DNA of 64,000 nt from contig NC_134033.1 of assembly GCF_964204645.1 (NCBI RefSeq), forward strand, positions 2,562,131 through 2,626,130. The letters run 5' to 3'. Position numbers and translations under genes: made by a program. Under the pieces are notes generated by a model that did not search any database, was not told the origin of the DNA, and saw nothing but the letters and a program-made list of their open reading frames with translations. Numbering within the stretch: position 1 is the stretch's first letter; the number at the start of each line of letters is the position of its first letter. Of the stretch, positions 1 to 13,344 are shown one piece after another. The DNA comes from Tubulanus polymorphus. Lineage: Eukaryota; Animalia; Nemertea.

Positions 1-147
1 ACTCGTTTGCCTTCGGCCCTCTGCGCATACAGCGCGAAGTATGGCATAGTTCCACTCGTATTTATTCTGACCCCATTAAAGAAATCCTAGTGTCGACCCT
101 TGCAAGCTTTTATGATTTCACTAAAACAGAGTTTCTATTCTACACAG

Positions 148-3100
148 CGCCTTACCACCGACCCCCCGCACACCGGCGCCTGGCGGTCGACAACGCCGTA
201 CGTCGATAGTAGCGACACCTATGATCGAAACGACGTGGGAAGAACAGATAGAAGTGTTCGCGCTCAACACAGCGCGACAACTGATCGAAAATACTAAACT
301 TCAACCGCCGAAAGCGAGCATATTCAGTCGACCAATCGCCTTCTTGCTCAGCGATCAGATGACGCTGATTGGTCGATACGCGCGCGAGATCCTATTGGCT
401 GCCGATAAATTGATACACTACGGACTCAAGAATCAGGTACGTCCGGGTTCGAACCCCGCATTGTAGCAATATTTCGACATCACTCAGAACAGGAAAAAGA
501 CATTTTCTGAAACAAAGAATTAAATTTTTGACGCCGCCATTTTAATATCCGTCATCTTCCTCAAGCAAATATATTCTAGTTTTCAATTTTGTGGAACTTT
601 TTTAATCTCGGCCCCCATTTTGGAGTCTGGTGTTTTCTTTATTTTCAGCAAAGTCAATATACTGTATTATACAATATAGCGGCGACGAGCGGATATCCTT
701 CGATACCGTCTGCGAAAACACCGGCGCCGTCCATGTTCCCGGCAGGACGAGAGGATTTCGGAGCGTTCCGTATGACGACCCCGAAACTGTCTAAATCGAC
801 CAGCGAACATAGCATCATACGACCGTACCAGGTCAGTAGCGCAAACGTCTAAACACATTTACCCCTGGTGCTGGGTTTTGATGAATTTGAATTCAACCCT
901 CGACTTTGACTTAAATCTCAGGGCCTCCAATCTCAGGCATCTCCAAGAAATCTTAGAACTTGATTTCACAATAATTCTGCACGAATAATAGAACCTTCTG
1001 AAATAAGCGCGTTTAAGGGTCGATTTCATTTATAGTTCACCAGTTCTGTACCTTCGAACTGGGTTCGTACTAGTCCTGAAAATCCTGGTAAAGTCATAGC
1101 AATTAGTGATTATTTTTTCAAGGCTTGATTAAGTTGTGAAATTTTCAGTTGTGAAAAATCTATTGAATTTTAGAAAAAAAAATGCGTTGTTAGTAATTGT
1201 TAGTAATTGTGAGTAATAGTGGTTTCAGGTACGGTATCAACGTCATCTAGATCAAAGTTATTGAAATAAGTAATCATTCTTTCAGGGCTTGGAAATTTTC
1301 AGTTTTATGTTTGAAGCCGTGAAAAATGTTTATAATTCTAGAAATATTGTCTAAATTCTTATTCTTGGGGTTTAGCGCTGCAGGCTTAATATTGATTTTG
1401 ATAAACTTTCAATTCTGCCTTAGACAGTGTAAAACATGCCCCATTATGGCAACATGGATATTTGGCAATGGAAAAGGTATTGAAAATTGAAGACTGCAAA
1501 TAGTAAGAACCCTATAATCGTTTCCATCAGGCGTCTAAGTCTGACGTTAAAATAAATACTTCCTCGTGCATTTATACAAACGTTGTCACTGTCTCTTGAA
1601 GGCCAGATTATTACTAACACCGCGATCGAACAAAAATTGCGTGTCGATCTTTTCAAAGCGAACATTCTACCGCGCGAGAGTTCGTCGTTAATGAGCGAAA
1701 CGTGTTTCTTAATAATTCACGATATATAGTTCATAATGGACATTTCTCTCCAATTCAGAGTCGCCGCACAAGTGCGCGCAAAAATACCTCGTGCCTACAG
1801 GTTGTATACACGAACATAACTATAGTTCGGCGTATTTATGTCACAATTAGTCAACCCATACAGGCGTGAAAAAAGACAGTTACTTTATGGCATGTTTATG
1901 TATATATCGGTATCTTATCGATGTCTTACGGGTCGCCGGTGTAAATTCTGCGCCGTTATGATTGTCGCTCCTTACGTTAGTGGCATTTCTTAGCGACGTC
2001 AATTTCGAATTATTGTTTGTGTAATATTCGTAAACTGTGTTTGAAACGGAATCAAGGAATAGCTTTTCGAACAGTGGATACGGCAAAATACTGCGCTGAA
2101 ACCTGTGGTCGATTCGTTGGATTTGCTGTTGGTATTCTCCAGACGACAAGGGTATATAGTGACCCCTTGATCCACAGTTTTGCGGATTTAATTTGACTCG
2201 AAATCCAGTTGCACAGTTGTGTGGGTTTAATTTGACTCTGGACCCAGTTTCACAATTGTGTGGGTTTAATTTGGCTCTGGAGACAGTTCCGCAGTTGTGT
2301 GGGTTTAATTTGAATCAAGATCCAGTTGCACAGTTGTGTGGGTTTAATTTGTCTCTGGATACAGTTCCACAGTTGTGTGGGTATAATTTGACTCTGGACC
2401 CAGTTTCACAATTGTGTGGGTTTAATTTGGCTCTGGAGACAGTTCCGCAGTTGTGTGGGTTTAATTTGAATCAATATCCAGTTCCACAGTCGTGTGGGTT
2501 TAATTTCAATCAAGATCCAGTTCCTAAGTTGTGTAGGTTTACTTTGACTCTGAACCCAGTTCTAGGATAATATGGGTTTAGTCGTCCCAGTTAGTTGGGT
2601 CCAATCGAGTTAATTTTGAACTAGTATTTCGGTTTACCTTCTAATAACCGATGATTCCCGTTGAAACTCGCTGGAGACATTATTGACTGTTTTATACTCG
2701 CTGTTCCCACGTATAAAAAACGACTCATTCGCTCCGATGATGCTGATAATACGTTATACACAATAGGAGATGATGAGACGTTGTCAACCGCAACCATAAC
2801 CGAGGTCGATAAAACATTTACCGTAAAAACACTGTTATACTGTTTAACTAGTGTGCGTTAGCGTACAATAACAGACGTTTATAATTGACCATTTGTTGGA
2901 TTCATTCAGTGATTCTGTAAGTAGTTACTTTCTCCCAGAAATCTGGTGAAGATCGTGATAGTGGTAGAGCGTCTGAACTAGGAAAGTCAGCCACCTAGCT
3001 TCACGGAGTTAGTGACTAGGTCAGACGACTCGTCCGTCTGGTGCCTGTTTGGTGGGCAGTGGTTGTGAATGGAACGGATACCAACTATAATTCGTAGTGA

Positions 3101-6100
3101 GCCCGTCTATTCTATCACGTGGTATCAGTAAAGTGGAAAAGAAAAGACACGTAGGATCTTGGTTCTCAATGAACCCCTCCCTTCTTAGTTGGATTATTCC
3201 ACCACCGACTTAGAAGTCCGGTATAACTCGACTTGCCACGGGCAACTTGTGACCTACCGTCGCTGCCAAAGCCGCGATTGGTTCCCGGTGAAATCCCGCG
3301 TTCTGAGGTGAAAATATGGAATATACGACAATAGGTTCTTAACGCGCAATCCATTGATCGTAGAGAGCGCGCTGAAATCGCCGAGCGAAACCGAACCGTA
3401 ATTAGAAAACCAATTGACTTTATATAAACACCAGGTATATTTGAACGTGGAGTATATTGCGCATACAATTGAAGATTAATGGACGACAGAGCGCGAGTTG
3501 GGATTTATATTAACGCAAACGTTTAATGGTCGTAGTCTGTTTGTTAATGTCACGCTACCGCGAGCCCGCACACACCGAGCTCTGTCCAGTACTGAAACCA
3601 CCGCCAATAAAACCTCCGTTTCAGCGCTAGTCGATATACACCGGACTATTCGTAATTCCCGTTTTGGATACTGCGAGTAGGATTTATTCGAAACGACGGG
3701 GTTGAAATTAGACGCGGAAAAACTGGATGTTTACTGTTTTGTTCAGAACTCTTCGGAATACTTCGATAGTTCCGCAGCGTTTGGCTTCAATTCAATCGGG
3801 AAATTTGACGCTACGAGATAAAGGTTTTAAATACTGCGCTTGTAGCCGTGTTGTTTTGGAATATTTGAATACGACATTTTTTGAAAGCGCTTCATTATTT
3901 CAGTTATGGTAACGACCTCTCGTTTGAAAGGATTTACGCGTGAAAATTGGGATTGCGTTTGAGTATCGGTTTAATCCGGACTTCTAAACATTCAGGGCAG
4001 AAGAGTCTTGGGTTTCATCAGTATCACGTCTAACGGGCAAACGGATATCTGAGTTGGATGATACAGTAGACTCCGCTCAAGTCTGATCTTTTGAATTGAG
4101 AGTGATATCTGAGTCGGATGGTACAGTAGGCCCCGCTCAAGTCAGATCTTTTGACTGGAGAGTGATATCTGAGTTGGATGGTACAGTAGGCCCCGCTCAA
4201 GTCTGATCTTTTGACTTGAGAGTGATATCTGAGTTAGATGGTACAGTATACTCCGCTCAAGTCAGATTCTGTGGACCGCAGGGATCTTCCCGATTTGAGA
4301 ACGATACGAGTTTGGACGATATAACATTCATTTATAAGGTGGGAAAAATCCAAGTAGAGCGGATCTGACTTTGTTTGTTTACTTTGCTTTACACGGTTCG
4401 GATCGTGGTTTCCCACAAGACTATACCGAATATGATATCAGATTGTGCATTCATTGCGGCGTTAGTTTATCGTGATTTGTTAATAGCCTTTGATTAGGTC
4501 TTTCAAAACGTCGTAAATGGTTTGTAACTAATCCGCAATTCGCGAGAAATTAATCGGATTTCGAAGATTCAAAACGTGTCGTGTTCTGTACGAGGCAAAC
4601 TGTAAACATTCTACCGTCGAACAACGACCGCCGATATCAGATTCCTGCCGCCATATCAAATATCGTAGTTATTTTGTAACCTACCTACGCTTTCGTGGAA
4701 TATCACAATGTTTCGATTGTTCTGCGAAGGAGTTTCTACGCGCGGAAAAAGAAATATTTGCGAGTAATGTTGAAAGACGTCTTTATCGCAATCGCGGAGT
4801 TCAACCTACGTAAAATAGCTCAAAATCAGACCGTGATATTTCGAAGGAATTTAATTGAAAATTTAGTAGACTCGAACATATCATAAGGATATAAAACCAT
4901 CGAAGGTATTCGATAAGTTAGTGTTGGATTTGAGCAAAAATTGCTACGATTTTGTACATGATTTCACTTTCGGACTTGAGACCGTTCGCTGGATTTAGGA
5001 TTTTGGTAAATAAGCTCAGGACACAATCCGCGGCCTGATATCTGCAAATTCCCGAATCTAACCGTAAGATAGCGTTAGGAAGGATATATTTTCAAACCAA
5101 AAATATTAGTCGGACTTGCGATAGCAAGAATTTTGCTACTGCGGGATTACAGACTATTGCCTGGATTTATCTCAACGATAAAGATATCTAGACTTTATCG
5201 TTAAAAATGACGACTTTAGGCCTGGGCCGATCACTGAAAAACGACGATAATAAAACTCCGGCGCCACCTATAGGCATGTATCGTAGTCACACGTGCGCGT
5301 CTATACCGTCCAAAAGGATGACGCGTAAAAAGGTAAATGGGTTGGGAAGAAAGTTCACATATGTATATAGAGGGTGGGCCTCTATAAAGGGCAAACCTCT
5401 ATAAAGAGGGCAGTAGTCCTGTAGAGTGTGCACCTGTGTAAGGGTTAGGGGATGTCCCAGGATGAAAATATAGGGCGCACCCGCATCAGGGTGCACTGTG
5501 TCCGGGTAGGTGCTCCATTATATCGTAGTAACTAACTTCTGTTTGGAATGCCTCCTTTTTGGGAATGTTGAAGTTTTTGAAAGACAGTAACATTTATTAA
5601 TCAAAGTAACATTTCAAACACATTCCGCCAGTGAAGTCAAAACTAGCTAGTGTTTTCTAAACAGCAGGTATGCGTTAGTACCCCTAAAAGATTTTTGTTG
5701 ATAATAAAAAATCTTACTCAAAACAGTCGGTAATCTAAACATGTTCGTTAGTCGAAATCTAGGCTATTTGCGAAACGGCCCACGAATAGTATTTCAAGAG
5801 CAATATCATTTTCATCTATCCGTTTTTTCTTTGATTTATCGCTATTTTCAGGATGGAGACGGCGGACGGGAATTAGGATCGAGTATGACAATCAGCCGTA
5901 TGAACACAGCTTTATCGATGTCGGACATGGATCTGAGAAAATCACAATCGAGACAATCACAATCGGCCGGACACACCAGCGGTACTTCGAGCGAGGTAAA
6001 CATCTCCACGGGGTACTGTAAACAATCTAGAAAAGATGTTTGACATCGTCATGGAACCCTTAATCAAATTACCTAGAAAATCAGAAAATAAACGTAAAAT

Positions 6101-8383
6101 CCAAAAATGATGTCATCAAATCTTACGATGACGTCATAGGGGAGGGAGAAAGAGAAATACTTTGTCTACAATCTGTGAATGAAAGTTACATAGTGTGGCT
6201 ACCACCCAAATCAATTGATGACGTCACCGTAAATGATGAGCCCCAGAAACAGAGAATGAATTCACGATGACCGAGGGAGAAGAACAGTTCCTGAGCGAAC
6301 ACATGTACATTCGACGTGTCATGTCATCTTCAATATTCCTGAAAGTCATCGTCAGACATTTCACGCTCTTTTCATAATTCTTAGTGTGAAATATACACTA
6401 TCAATTACCCCGTCATTTGTGTTTATCGTAACTTTTTTTGTCCGATACTTTCATTTATCGATCAACTATTTTTTTCTCCAGAGATCTAAAATCTATCTTC
6501 ACGGCGCCATGTCGACCGCGGCCCAAGGACGCATGATGCCGAAACCGGCGCTGAACGTAGCCAAGGCGACGCTGCCCAAATCGGGAATGGTCAAACTGAC
6601 CGCTCTGTCTCAGGAACGCCATAATCCAAGCTTGTTCGACAATAAAGGTTCGTAGTGCAGCCGTGACTCAGGGTCACAGATACAATGCCTACTATTAAAG
6701 ATCTTATGACACTCCTCCAGTCCATTTTCTATCATTTTCTATCATATCATTCGGAGGCGTATTAACAAGACGTTGCAATTGAAAATTCCTTGATGGATGC
6801 ATTCTTTGCAGCATTTCAAAGTTGAAAATCTGTCCCTATCTGGAAAAATCGCGCGCTGCGCGTGAATCACTTACGTAATCTTTTCTGTAAATGTGAAGAC
6901 CTCGGGGGCATTATGTTCTCTAAAGCCCAATATTATCCCAAATTCCGGACTGTTAATAGGTTGATTTTACGGCAGAGTCGACATGTTTCAACAATTTTTA
7001 ACTGTTCATTTATGAATATTTGAGGACTTATGTACTAGAAATTAGTTAAATTTTTGATACATTTTGAGAAAGTCACAAAACATTTGAGACTGCGTTAAAT
7101 GTGATTTATAAGAATTCACATAGTAAGCCAGTAAAAATCTACGACTTCATTCAGAAAAATGCGACTCAAACTATTGAGGATCTTGTTGTACAAGGCCTAC
7201 ACAATGACGTAGGGCCTCTGGGCGGCCAAGTTGCAAATTCGCGAGCCATTCGATTTGATATAGAACTAAGATGGGACAAGACTGGTCTTAAGTCTAAGCC
7301 GTGATTGTGCAACAACTGGCCTCTGGAGGCTATCAGAATCAATAAACCGCTTTATTTCGAAGAGCATTTAAATTCTATACCGTATGGGGCACGGTTAGTA
7401 TTCCATTGCCCAATGCGGTTAGTTTTTCCTGGATCGGCATCTGTGATACACCGAACAGATGCCATATGCCTGTAATTATTATCTTGTATTTACGATGTTG
7501 TAGACGAAGTGAAGCGTCAAAAAGTAAAACCGGCTCCGATGAGTCACAAAAAACTTCACCAGAAACAGAAAGATCTTCTCGGATTCGGACACATCGCCTC
7601 CGACCAGATCCGCTACGCCCGCGAACCGGACTGGCTCGACCGCGATTTACCGGGAACGACATTCCGCGATTTACAGAAAACCATTCTACAATTCAGCGTA
7701 CGTTTTGATATGAATTCATACAATTTTCCACTTTCGAAACTCTGAAGTTACTACTATGCTTTGTACTGATTGGTCGTTAAGCGGGATACTTCTGCGTGAG
7801 GACCAATCAGAGATCGTGTTACGTATGATTGTTTTGCATATTGGACGCCGATGAGTTCATACTTTCATCCTTCTTTGTTTTGATTGGTTGATTTGCAGAG
7901 ATACACTCCCTGTGGACCAATCAGAGATCGTTTTGCATATTACGAAACCTTCTATGATTTCTGATTGGTTGAAAAATGAATACATAATATATCTGAACCA
8001 ATCAGAAATTGTGTTCCATAGAGAGATTGTTTTCTACATTTCGATCCATTTAAATTTTCCTGCAGGATTTCAAACCACAGAAAGAACAGCCGACTTTCTT
8101 CAACTTCTCCGGTCAAAAGGTCGACCCGATTCTGGCGCCTCAGACGGGCACTCCCAGCCCTCAGTCAAAAATGCTCGAATCACCTTACAGACAAAGCCCT
8201 ACGACGACGACGACGCCACCTTTCGGCCGAAACGACGACGATGACATAGTGGAAGGCCACAGCTCGGTGCCGCCTCAGAGTCCGAACATCAGTCAGCCGG
8301 TCAGCTCAACGGACCTGATCGGCGGCGACTTAGCGAAATTACCATCCGAATTATTGACTGGGCGACTACATGACCTAACGTGA
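148..8383 (+). CDS. 3' part of a multi-exon gene of unknown function (5' end outside the window). Exons 148-436, 649-831, 1759-1800 (less certain), 5852-5995, 6482-6647, 7504-7697, 8066-8383(stop)
   Basis: Each exon has a pyrimidine-rich AG acceptor and a GT donor. Phases join into one open frame (...LIHYGLKNQ|QSQYTV...RPYQ|SRRTS...CLQ|DGDGG...SSE|RSKIY...DNK|DEVKR...LQFS|DFKPQ...HDLT*). AATAAA at ~8501. The product is Ser/Pro/Thr-rich and I recognise no domain. Confidence 0.75.
2163..2580 (+). repeat. 39-bp satellite array (unit ~CCAGTTCCACAGTTGTGTGGGTTTAATTTGACTCTGAAC), ~10 copies, intronic
   Basis: Directly visible tandem units; they produce the spurious 13-aa-repeat ORF 2193..2570. Confidence 0.95.
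4044..4268. repeat. 60-bp tandem repeat, ~3.7 copies
   Basis: Four consecutive 60-nt lines align column for column (gatatctgagttggatggtacagtag..ccgctcaagtc.gat). Confidence 0.9.
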
Positions 8384-8879
8384 AAATGAATAACACAACT
8401 TCTTTCAGTCATTTCTTAAACGTTTTTAGATATCTGTAAATATTGACCGTGTAAATATTTCATGAACCCAAAAGGCAAATTTACGAATCTTGTTTGAGCC
8501 AATAAATAATTCAGCAACGTTTTCAGCTTTAAAGATTTTTAATGCAACGGGAATAAATCGTTATTTTCATTCAGCAATCGTCTTTGTCATTTATCTATCG
8601 AAAATTGGTTTCATCGACATGTATAAAGTTCACTGGCTACGAATGCACGATTAACGCAAATCACAAACTAAAGTATTTAGACAAGTATTTTATTTCATAA
8701 TGGGAAGTGAAATGAGTGGAAATGAGTTTTTTTTTGGGCACCCTTGGAATCTAAAAGGTAAGAGTTTTGCAGAAATCTTTTAATCTTAGAATACTTTGAC
8801 GTCATTCTATCAATAATTAAGTCCATCTTGCTTTACGTTCGTTTGGATCTGATTTCCATAGACTAACCCTATATCAATA

Positions 8880-9030
8880 ATTGTTCGATTAACCTCGCGC
8901 CAGGACCACGACCTTTAAGTGTTTCCTGCACACTGTAAGCAGCAGCAGGACTCGAACCCGCTTGTCGCTCAGCACTGATAATAGTGAATGCATCAGCACC
9001 AAGCCTTATCCCACTGAGCCACTGGACCGC
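8880..9030 (-). mobile_element. tRNA-derived SINE (free-standing copy)
   Basis: Minus strand reads ggtccagTGGCTCAGTGGgataagg...gatgcattcactat..cagtgctgagcg..GGTTCGAGTCCtgctg, giving Pol III A and B boxes with a non-tRNA spacer. The same family recurs at the 3' end of each GPCR and as a fragment near 30030-30065. Confidence 0.8.
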
Positions 9031-9205
9031 TTTCTGAAAAAAATGCTTAACAAATAGGATACGATTATTTTGACAACTTAGTAGAGATGCCTTTGTCGTT
9101 TATTGTACATCGTTGATTCTTAGGACATAATTTCTATTTTCAATTTTAATTCCCGTCCAGTACGTGTATGTATTAGAATCAAAAATGATCGCAGACGATC
9201 ACCGA

Positions 9206-12100
9206 TCATGGCTTTTCGGAATCTCTATCGGGCTTCCAGTATGTGGCAGATGTTGTCGGGCAATGCCGTTTTATCTCATTTCCCGGACAGCATATGTCTC
9301 GCCTGTAATCGTAAAGCTTGTCCCCGCAGCACGACGAATTAGTTGCAGTCCCGTTGGTTACCAGCAGACGACCGTTGCAGCATCGATGCGTAGTCGAATT
9401 CAACTCGTAGGCTTTACCAGCACAGCACCTGCGAATCAGATCATATTACGACTATGTAGAATTGGATATCGGTGATTATAGAGGTCACGACCAGGTTTTT
9501 GGGGTTCGAACCTATGTTTGATACGAAGGTTCTCACGATTGAAGGGATTGGAAAACCGTGCACCTGCCGATGATACCCTGAGTACAGCTGTTCGGCGAGT
9601 AGAAATAGGCAAATCAGCCTTATAAATATTGCCTCCGATGGTTGAAGGAAAAATAAGCATCGCGCCTACTGATAACAACATTGAGTGGTGCTCGGTGGGC
9701 CAACCTACCAAACCTGGACCAAGTACCATAATATTCCAAGTTTGGATTTGACCAAGAAAAACTTATTGATAATTATAACTAGTTTTAACTCAGAGTTAAC
9801 TCGTAGAGTAGCCTGGTGTTAACCGGGTTTAGAATAACTAACCAGACGAGTAGTACTTTATAGGTTAACTATTTATTTGACGCACGAGCTTACGCCACTA
9901 ATGTATAGTAGCTACATCAGAGGCGTTTTTACGAGCAGACGATTTTTGCGATCGATTTCGTGAACGACTTGCTCCGATCGTGCGATCGAATCGGACGTTC
10001 GTAAAAATGACGATCATGGTTTTTGCTGATCACATGACATAAATATGGCGACGTTGAGAAAAATCGGGTATCTTTTGAACTACCCGGAGCCGCCATCTTG
10101 GAAAGCAAATTGCCAAATCGCTCGCCGATCGCAAAAAATCGATCGGAAAATCGTGTTCGTAGAAACGCCGATCGTGAAATCGATCGCAAAAATCGGCGCT
10201 CGTAAATGCGTTTCTCCGATCGGTCGCAAAAAATCGAATGCTCATAAAAACGCCTCAGGAGAACGAGGGATATGTATATGGAAGCTTCATTCATCCGATG
10301 AAGCTATACTGTACCCCCTTGTAGCGTGCATCAAATCAATAGTTAACCTATATAGCACTACCCGTCTGGTTATTTATTCAGAGTGTTAACTGGCGACTGT
10401 GGAACTGGATCCAGGACCCAGTTCCACAGTTGTGAGTTAGAGTTAACTCTGAGTTAAAGTTAGTTCATTTTCAATGTTTTAACCCAGGGTCAAATCTTAA
10501 CTCACAACTGTGGAACTGGACCCAGGGTCGTATACGTCTACGAAACTGATTGATCCCTTTCTTTTATTTATGTTCGATAAGCCTTAACTTCAAATTTAAT
10601 ATCTAAACTTACCCGGTTGTATCGATTCGAATGACTTGGTCTCCGCAGCAGCTATCCGATCGGTGGTGCATATAACGCTTGCCACATTTTTTCATGTGAT
10701 GATAGAAGGCTATAGAACGCTTCAACGAGTTACAAGGGGTTCGCTGCAACTGGTTACCGCAACACACATACCCGGAACCGAGCTGGTACGGCTTACCGCC
10801 GCAAAAAGCCTCCCGCAGGGACGCGCGTGACGTCACTCGGTTACTTCCCTCGTCGACGCACGCGTACAGCAGATAATCGTAGGACACGCGGCCGCAGCAT
10901 TTGCCCAAATAAGGATGCGCTTTTGTGGTCAGACGACCGCCGCAACACGTGACACCCGACCGAAGCGAGTCGTCGTATAGGTACGAGCCTCCGCAACATT
11001 TCTGAGTTGGGAACTTTAATTCGGTCGTTTTTTTGTCGCAGCAAATTTCACCGGGTTTCAGTGTGACGATTTGGTCGTTGCAGCAGGTTTTCGTGGATTC
11101 TCGTTTGTGAAGTTGGTTATTGCAGCAAAAACCCCAATTACTGTGGTAGCCCTTTGCGCCGCAACAGGCGTCGAAGAACGGACGCCCGTATGGTTTTCCC
11201 GCGCAACATAGATGCTTAGTTGGGTCGACGTATGAAAAGCCACATTTCCCCCGTGGCGGCTGCTGGTCTAACTCAATCGTTGACAGTTTGTGAAGCGCCT
11301 CCGCCAAATCATGTTGCGACGTCGACGCCGATACGCTGCGCGGTCAGAAAGAAATAATTCGTGTTTTTAACGGTTGGAATTCAAAATGGAACACGCAAGT
11401 ATGAAGATATCGATTTCAGATACTGCTGGCCGAAATTCGACTGCGGGTTGGATTCGTAACTTGGCACCGGCACACACCAGGTGGCTTTTTAATAAATTCA
11501 GTGAAAATTAGTTCATTTTCGATGAACTATGAAGAACTTTTAGGCTCCAAAATCTCGTCAAATAAGTCATCAAACGGATTGGATATTGATACACCCAATG
11601 AGAGTATGGTATAGTTTAACTGAAAATTGATTTACTAATGAGAAAAGTTGATTCGAATTCAATTGAAATGTAGAAAAAATTGAAGCGCGGTAACCGAGTA
11701 ACCACTGGCGAACCTGGCGGATCCTCGCCTGCCACACTGCTAAGTGGAATCCTCGATTGCCACTAGTAGCACTGCGGGTACCGCTAAGACATGTAGTGAA
11801 CTAATATCATGGCACAGGTTTTGACATTTTTGATCTTAAAATAGGGATTGTCCATGTTATTTATTTGGTTGGTAAATTTCGTTTGATTTTTTGATTGAGT
11901 GTCCCTTACAGACCCACCAGCCGGTAGCGAAACAGGGGGTTTGATTTTGAAATCGGAAATCGTTTTGACATTAACTACGTGGCCTATCAACTGTATCATT
12001 CCTGTTCTTGTGAATTTTAGAAATTTTGCGTTTTACTGACAGAAAATACTTACCACGACATGAACGCGCATACAACCACTAAATATGTAGCAGAACTCAT
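9206..12100 (-). CDS. Secreted galaxin-like (di-cysteine repeat) protein, ~330 aa. Exons 12100-12054, 11335-10613, 9428-9206
   Basis: Exon 1 encodes a signal peptide (MSSATYLVVVCAFMSC-VSA) with a GTAAGT donor. Two phase-2 introns join the ORFs in frame. The protein carries many CC-x-G-x2-Y repeats (CCAGKPY, CCGAKGY, CCGRVSY, CCAGKAY, CCGDKLY), typical of galaxin and the usherin Cys-rich region. Confidence 0.88.
9921..10255. mobile_element. MITE, PIF/Harbinger-like, 335 bp, intronic
   Basis: TIR AGGCGTTTTTACGAGCA / TGCTCATAAAAACGCCT (1 mismatch), 3-bp CAG duplication on both sides, internally quasi-palindromic. Confidence 0.85.
10415..10522. mobile_element. ~110-bp MITE (TIR ..CCAGTTCCACAGTTGTGAGTTA), CWG target duplication
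   Basis: Terminal inverted repeats flanked by CAG...CAG. A second copy at 37612-37722 is flanked by CTG...CTG. Confidence 0.85.
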
Positions 12101-12560
12101 GTTGAACGAAGTCGAAATCAGTATTAAAGGCCTCGACTGAAGTTGGGGCGAAGTACGGACGATTTTAAATACGTTTGCTTCACGCTCCGGGCGTTATAGA
12201 GCGATAATTATTTTCATATAATTCAAATCCATCTAAAACTCAGTTTATCTTTAATCGATCTTTCGAAAATAACTATGGAGTTTTATCACTGTATCATTTC
12301 CAATCGAAAGACAATATTTTCAAAACGCCGCGATAAATTGGAAATTCTGACCTTCGAGCAATATGGATCTGTCCGGACATACGTTTTGGTCTACAAATAT
12401 CCAAATACAAAAACAATACGGGAAGATCGTGTGTTCATTATTGGAAATGTTATCTTAATAGTTAGTTGTTGGTAATTGGATTAACAAGGATTTTGTCATT
12501 ATTTGCACATTTTCATTGTGCGCGAATTGATACCCACGAATAAAATGATATGTCGACATA

Positions 12561-12852
12561 GAATCAAACCCACACAACTGTGGAACTGGGTTCAGTGTCA
12601 AATATAATCCACACAACAGTGGAACTGGGTTCAGAGTCAAATATAATCCACACAACTGTGGAACTGGGTCCACTCCAGAGTCAAATTAAAATCGTACAAC
12701 TGTGGAACTGGATTCAGAATAATATTAAACTCCTACAACACTGTCGAACTGGATTCAGAGTCAAATTAAACCCACACTACTGTGGAACAGGATACAGAGA
12801 CAAATTAAAATCCTACAACTGTGGAACTGGATCCAGAGTCATAAGAAACCCT
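12561..12852 (-). repeat. 39-bp satellite array (reverse orientation), ~7 copies
   Basis: Repeated cacacaactgtggaactgg..cagagtcaaat. Confidence 0.9.
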
Positions 12853-13344
12853 CACAAATTTTAAAAAAAGATTTAATATGTTTACGGGATACTAGGCCTG
12901 TCACTCGGCCGTGACGAGACCCTTGCTTTGCTCATGAAATTATCATTGGCAGGCACATTAGAAAAATATTACATGAAACTTTACTCCCATGTAATGATTA
13001 ATACAGTTCATAAAGAAAAAAAATTAATTGCAGAATATAGCTGCCAAGCAGCGATAACGGGTTTTCTGGCTCGCTGGGTTAAGGGTTGTATAACGAAGCG
13101 TATACGGTACACAGATTGCGAGGTTATTTTAATGGAGCGCAACCTTTCCACTTACACCTGACATGTAAATCCAGACGGGCTACTGTACAAAGTATACCGA
13201 TACACCAAGTTTAGTCAAAACAACTTTGATGATAACAGGGAGCTTTCCTTGGTTTCACATCATCACCGTTCTCAATTCTTGCGTTCAAAAAATCCAAGAA
13301 TCGCCAACAAATATCTGCATTTCATTTCCTTTAAAATGGTGTAT

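Noticed and set aside
3000-3340. Possible additional SINE on the minus strand
   Set aside because: Only a short tail similarity (gaaccaagatcc); I could not define A/B boxes or boundaries.
9929-10389. Overlapping ORFs of 71-121 aa
   Set aside because: They lie in a palindromic MITE inside an intron; no transposase similarity.
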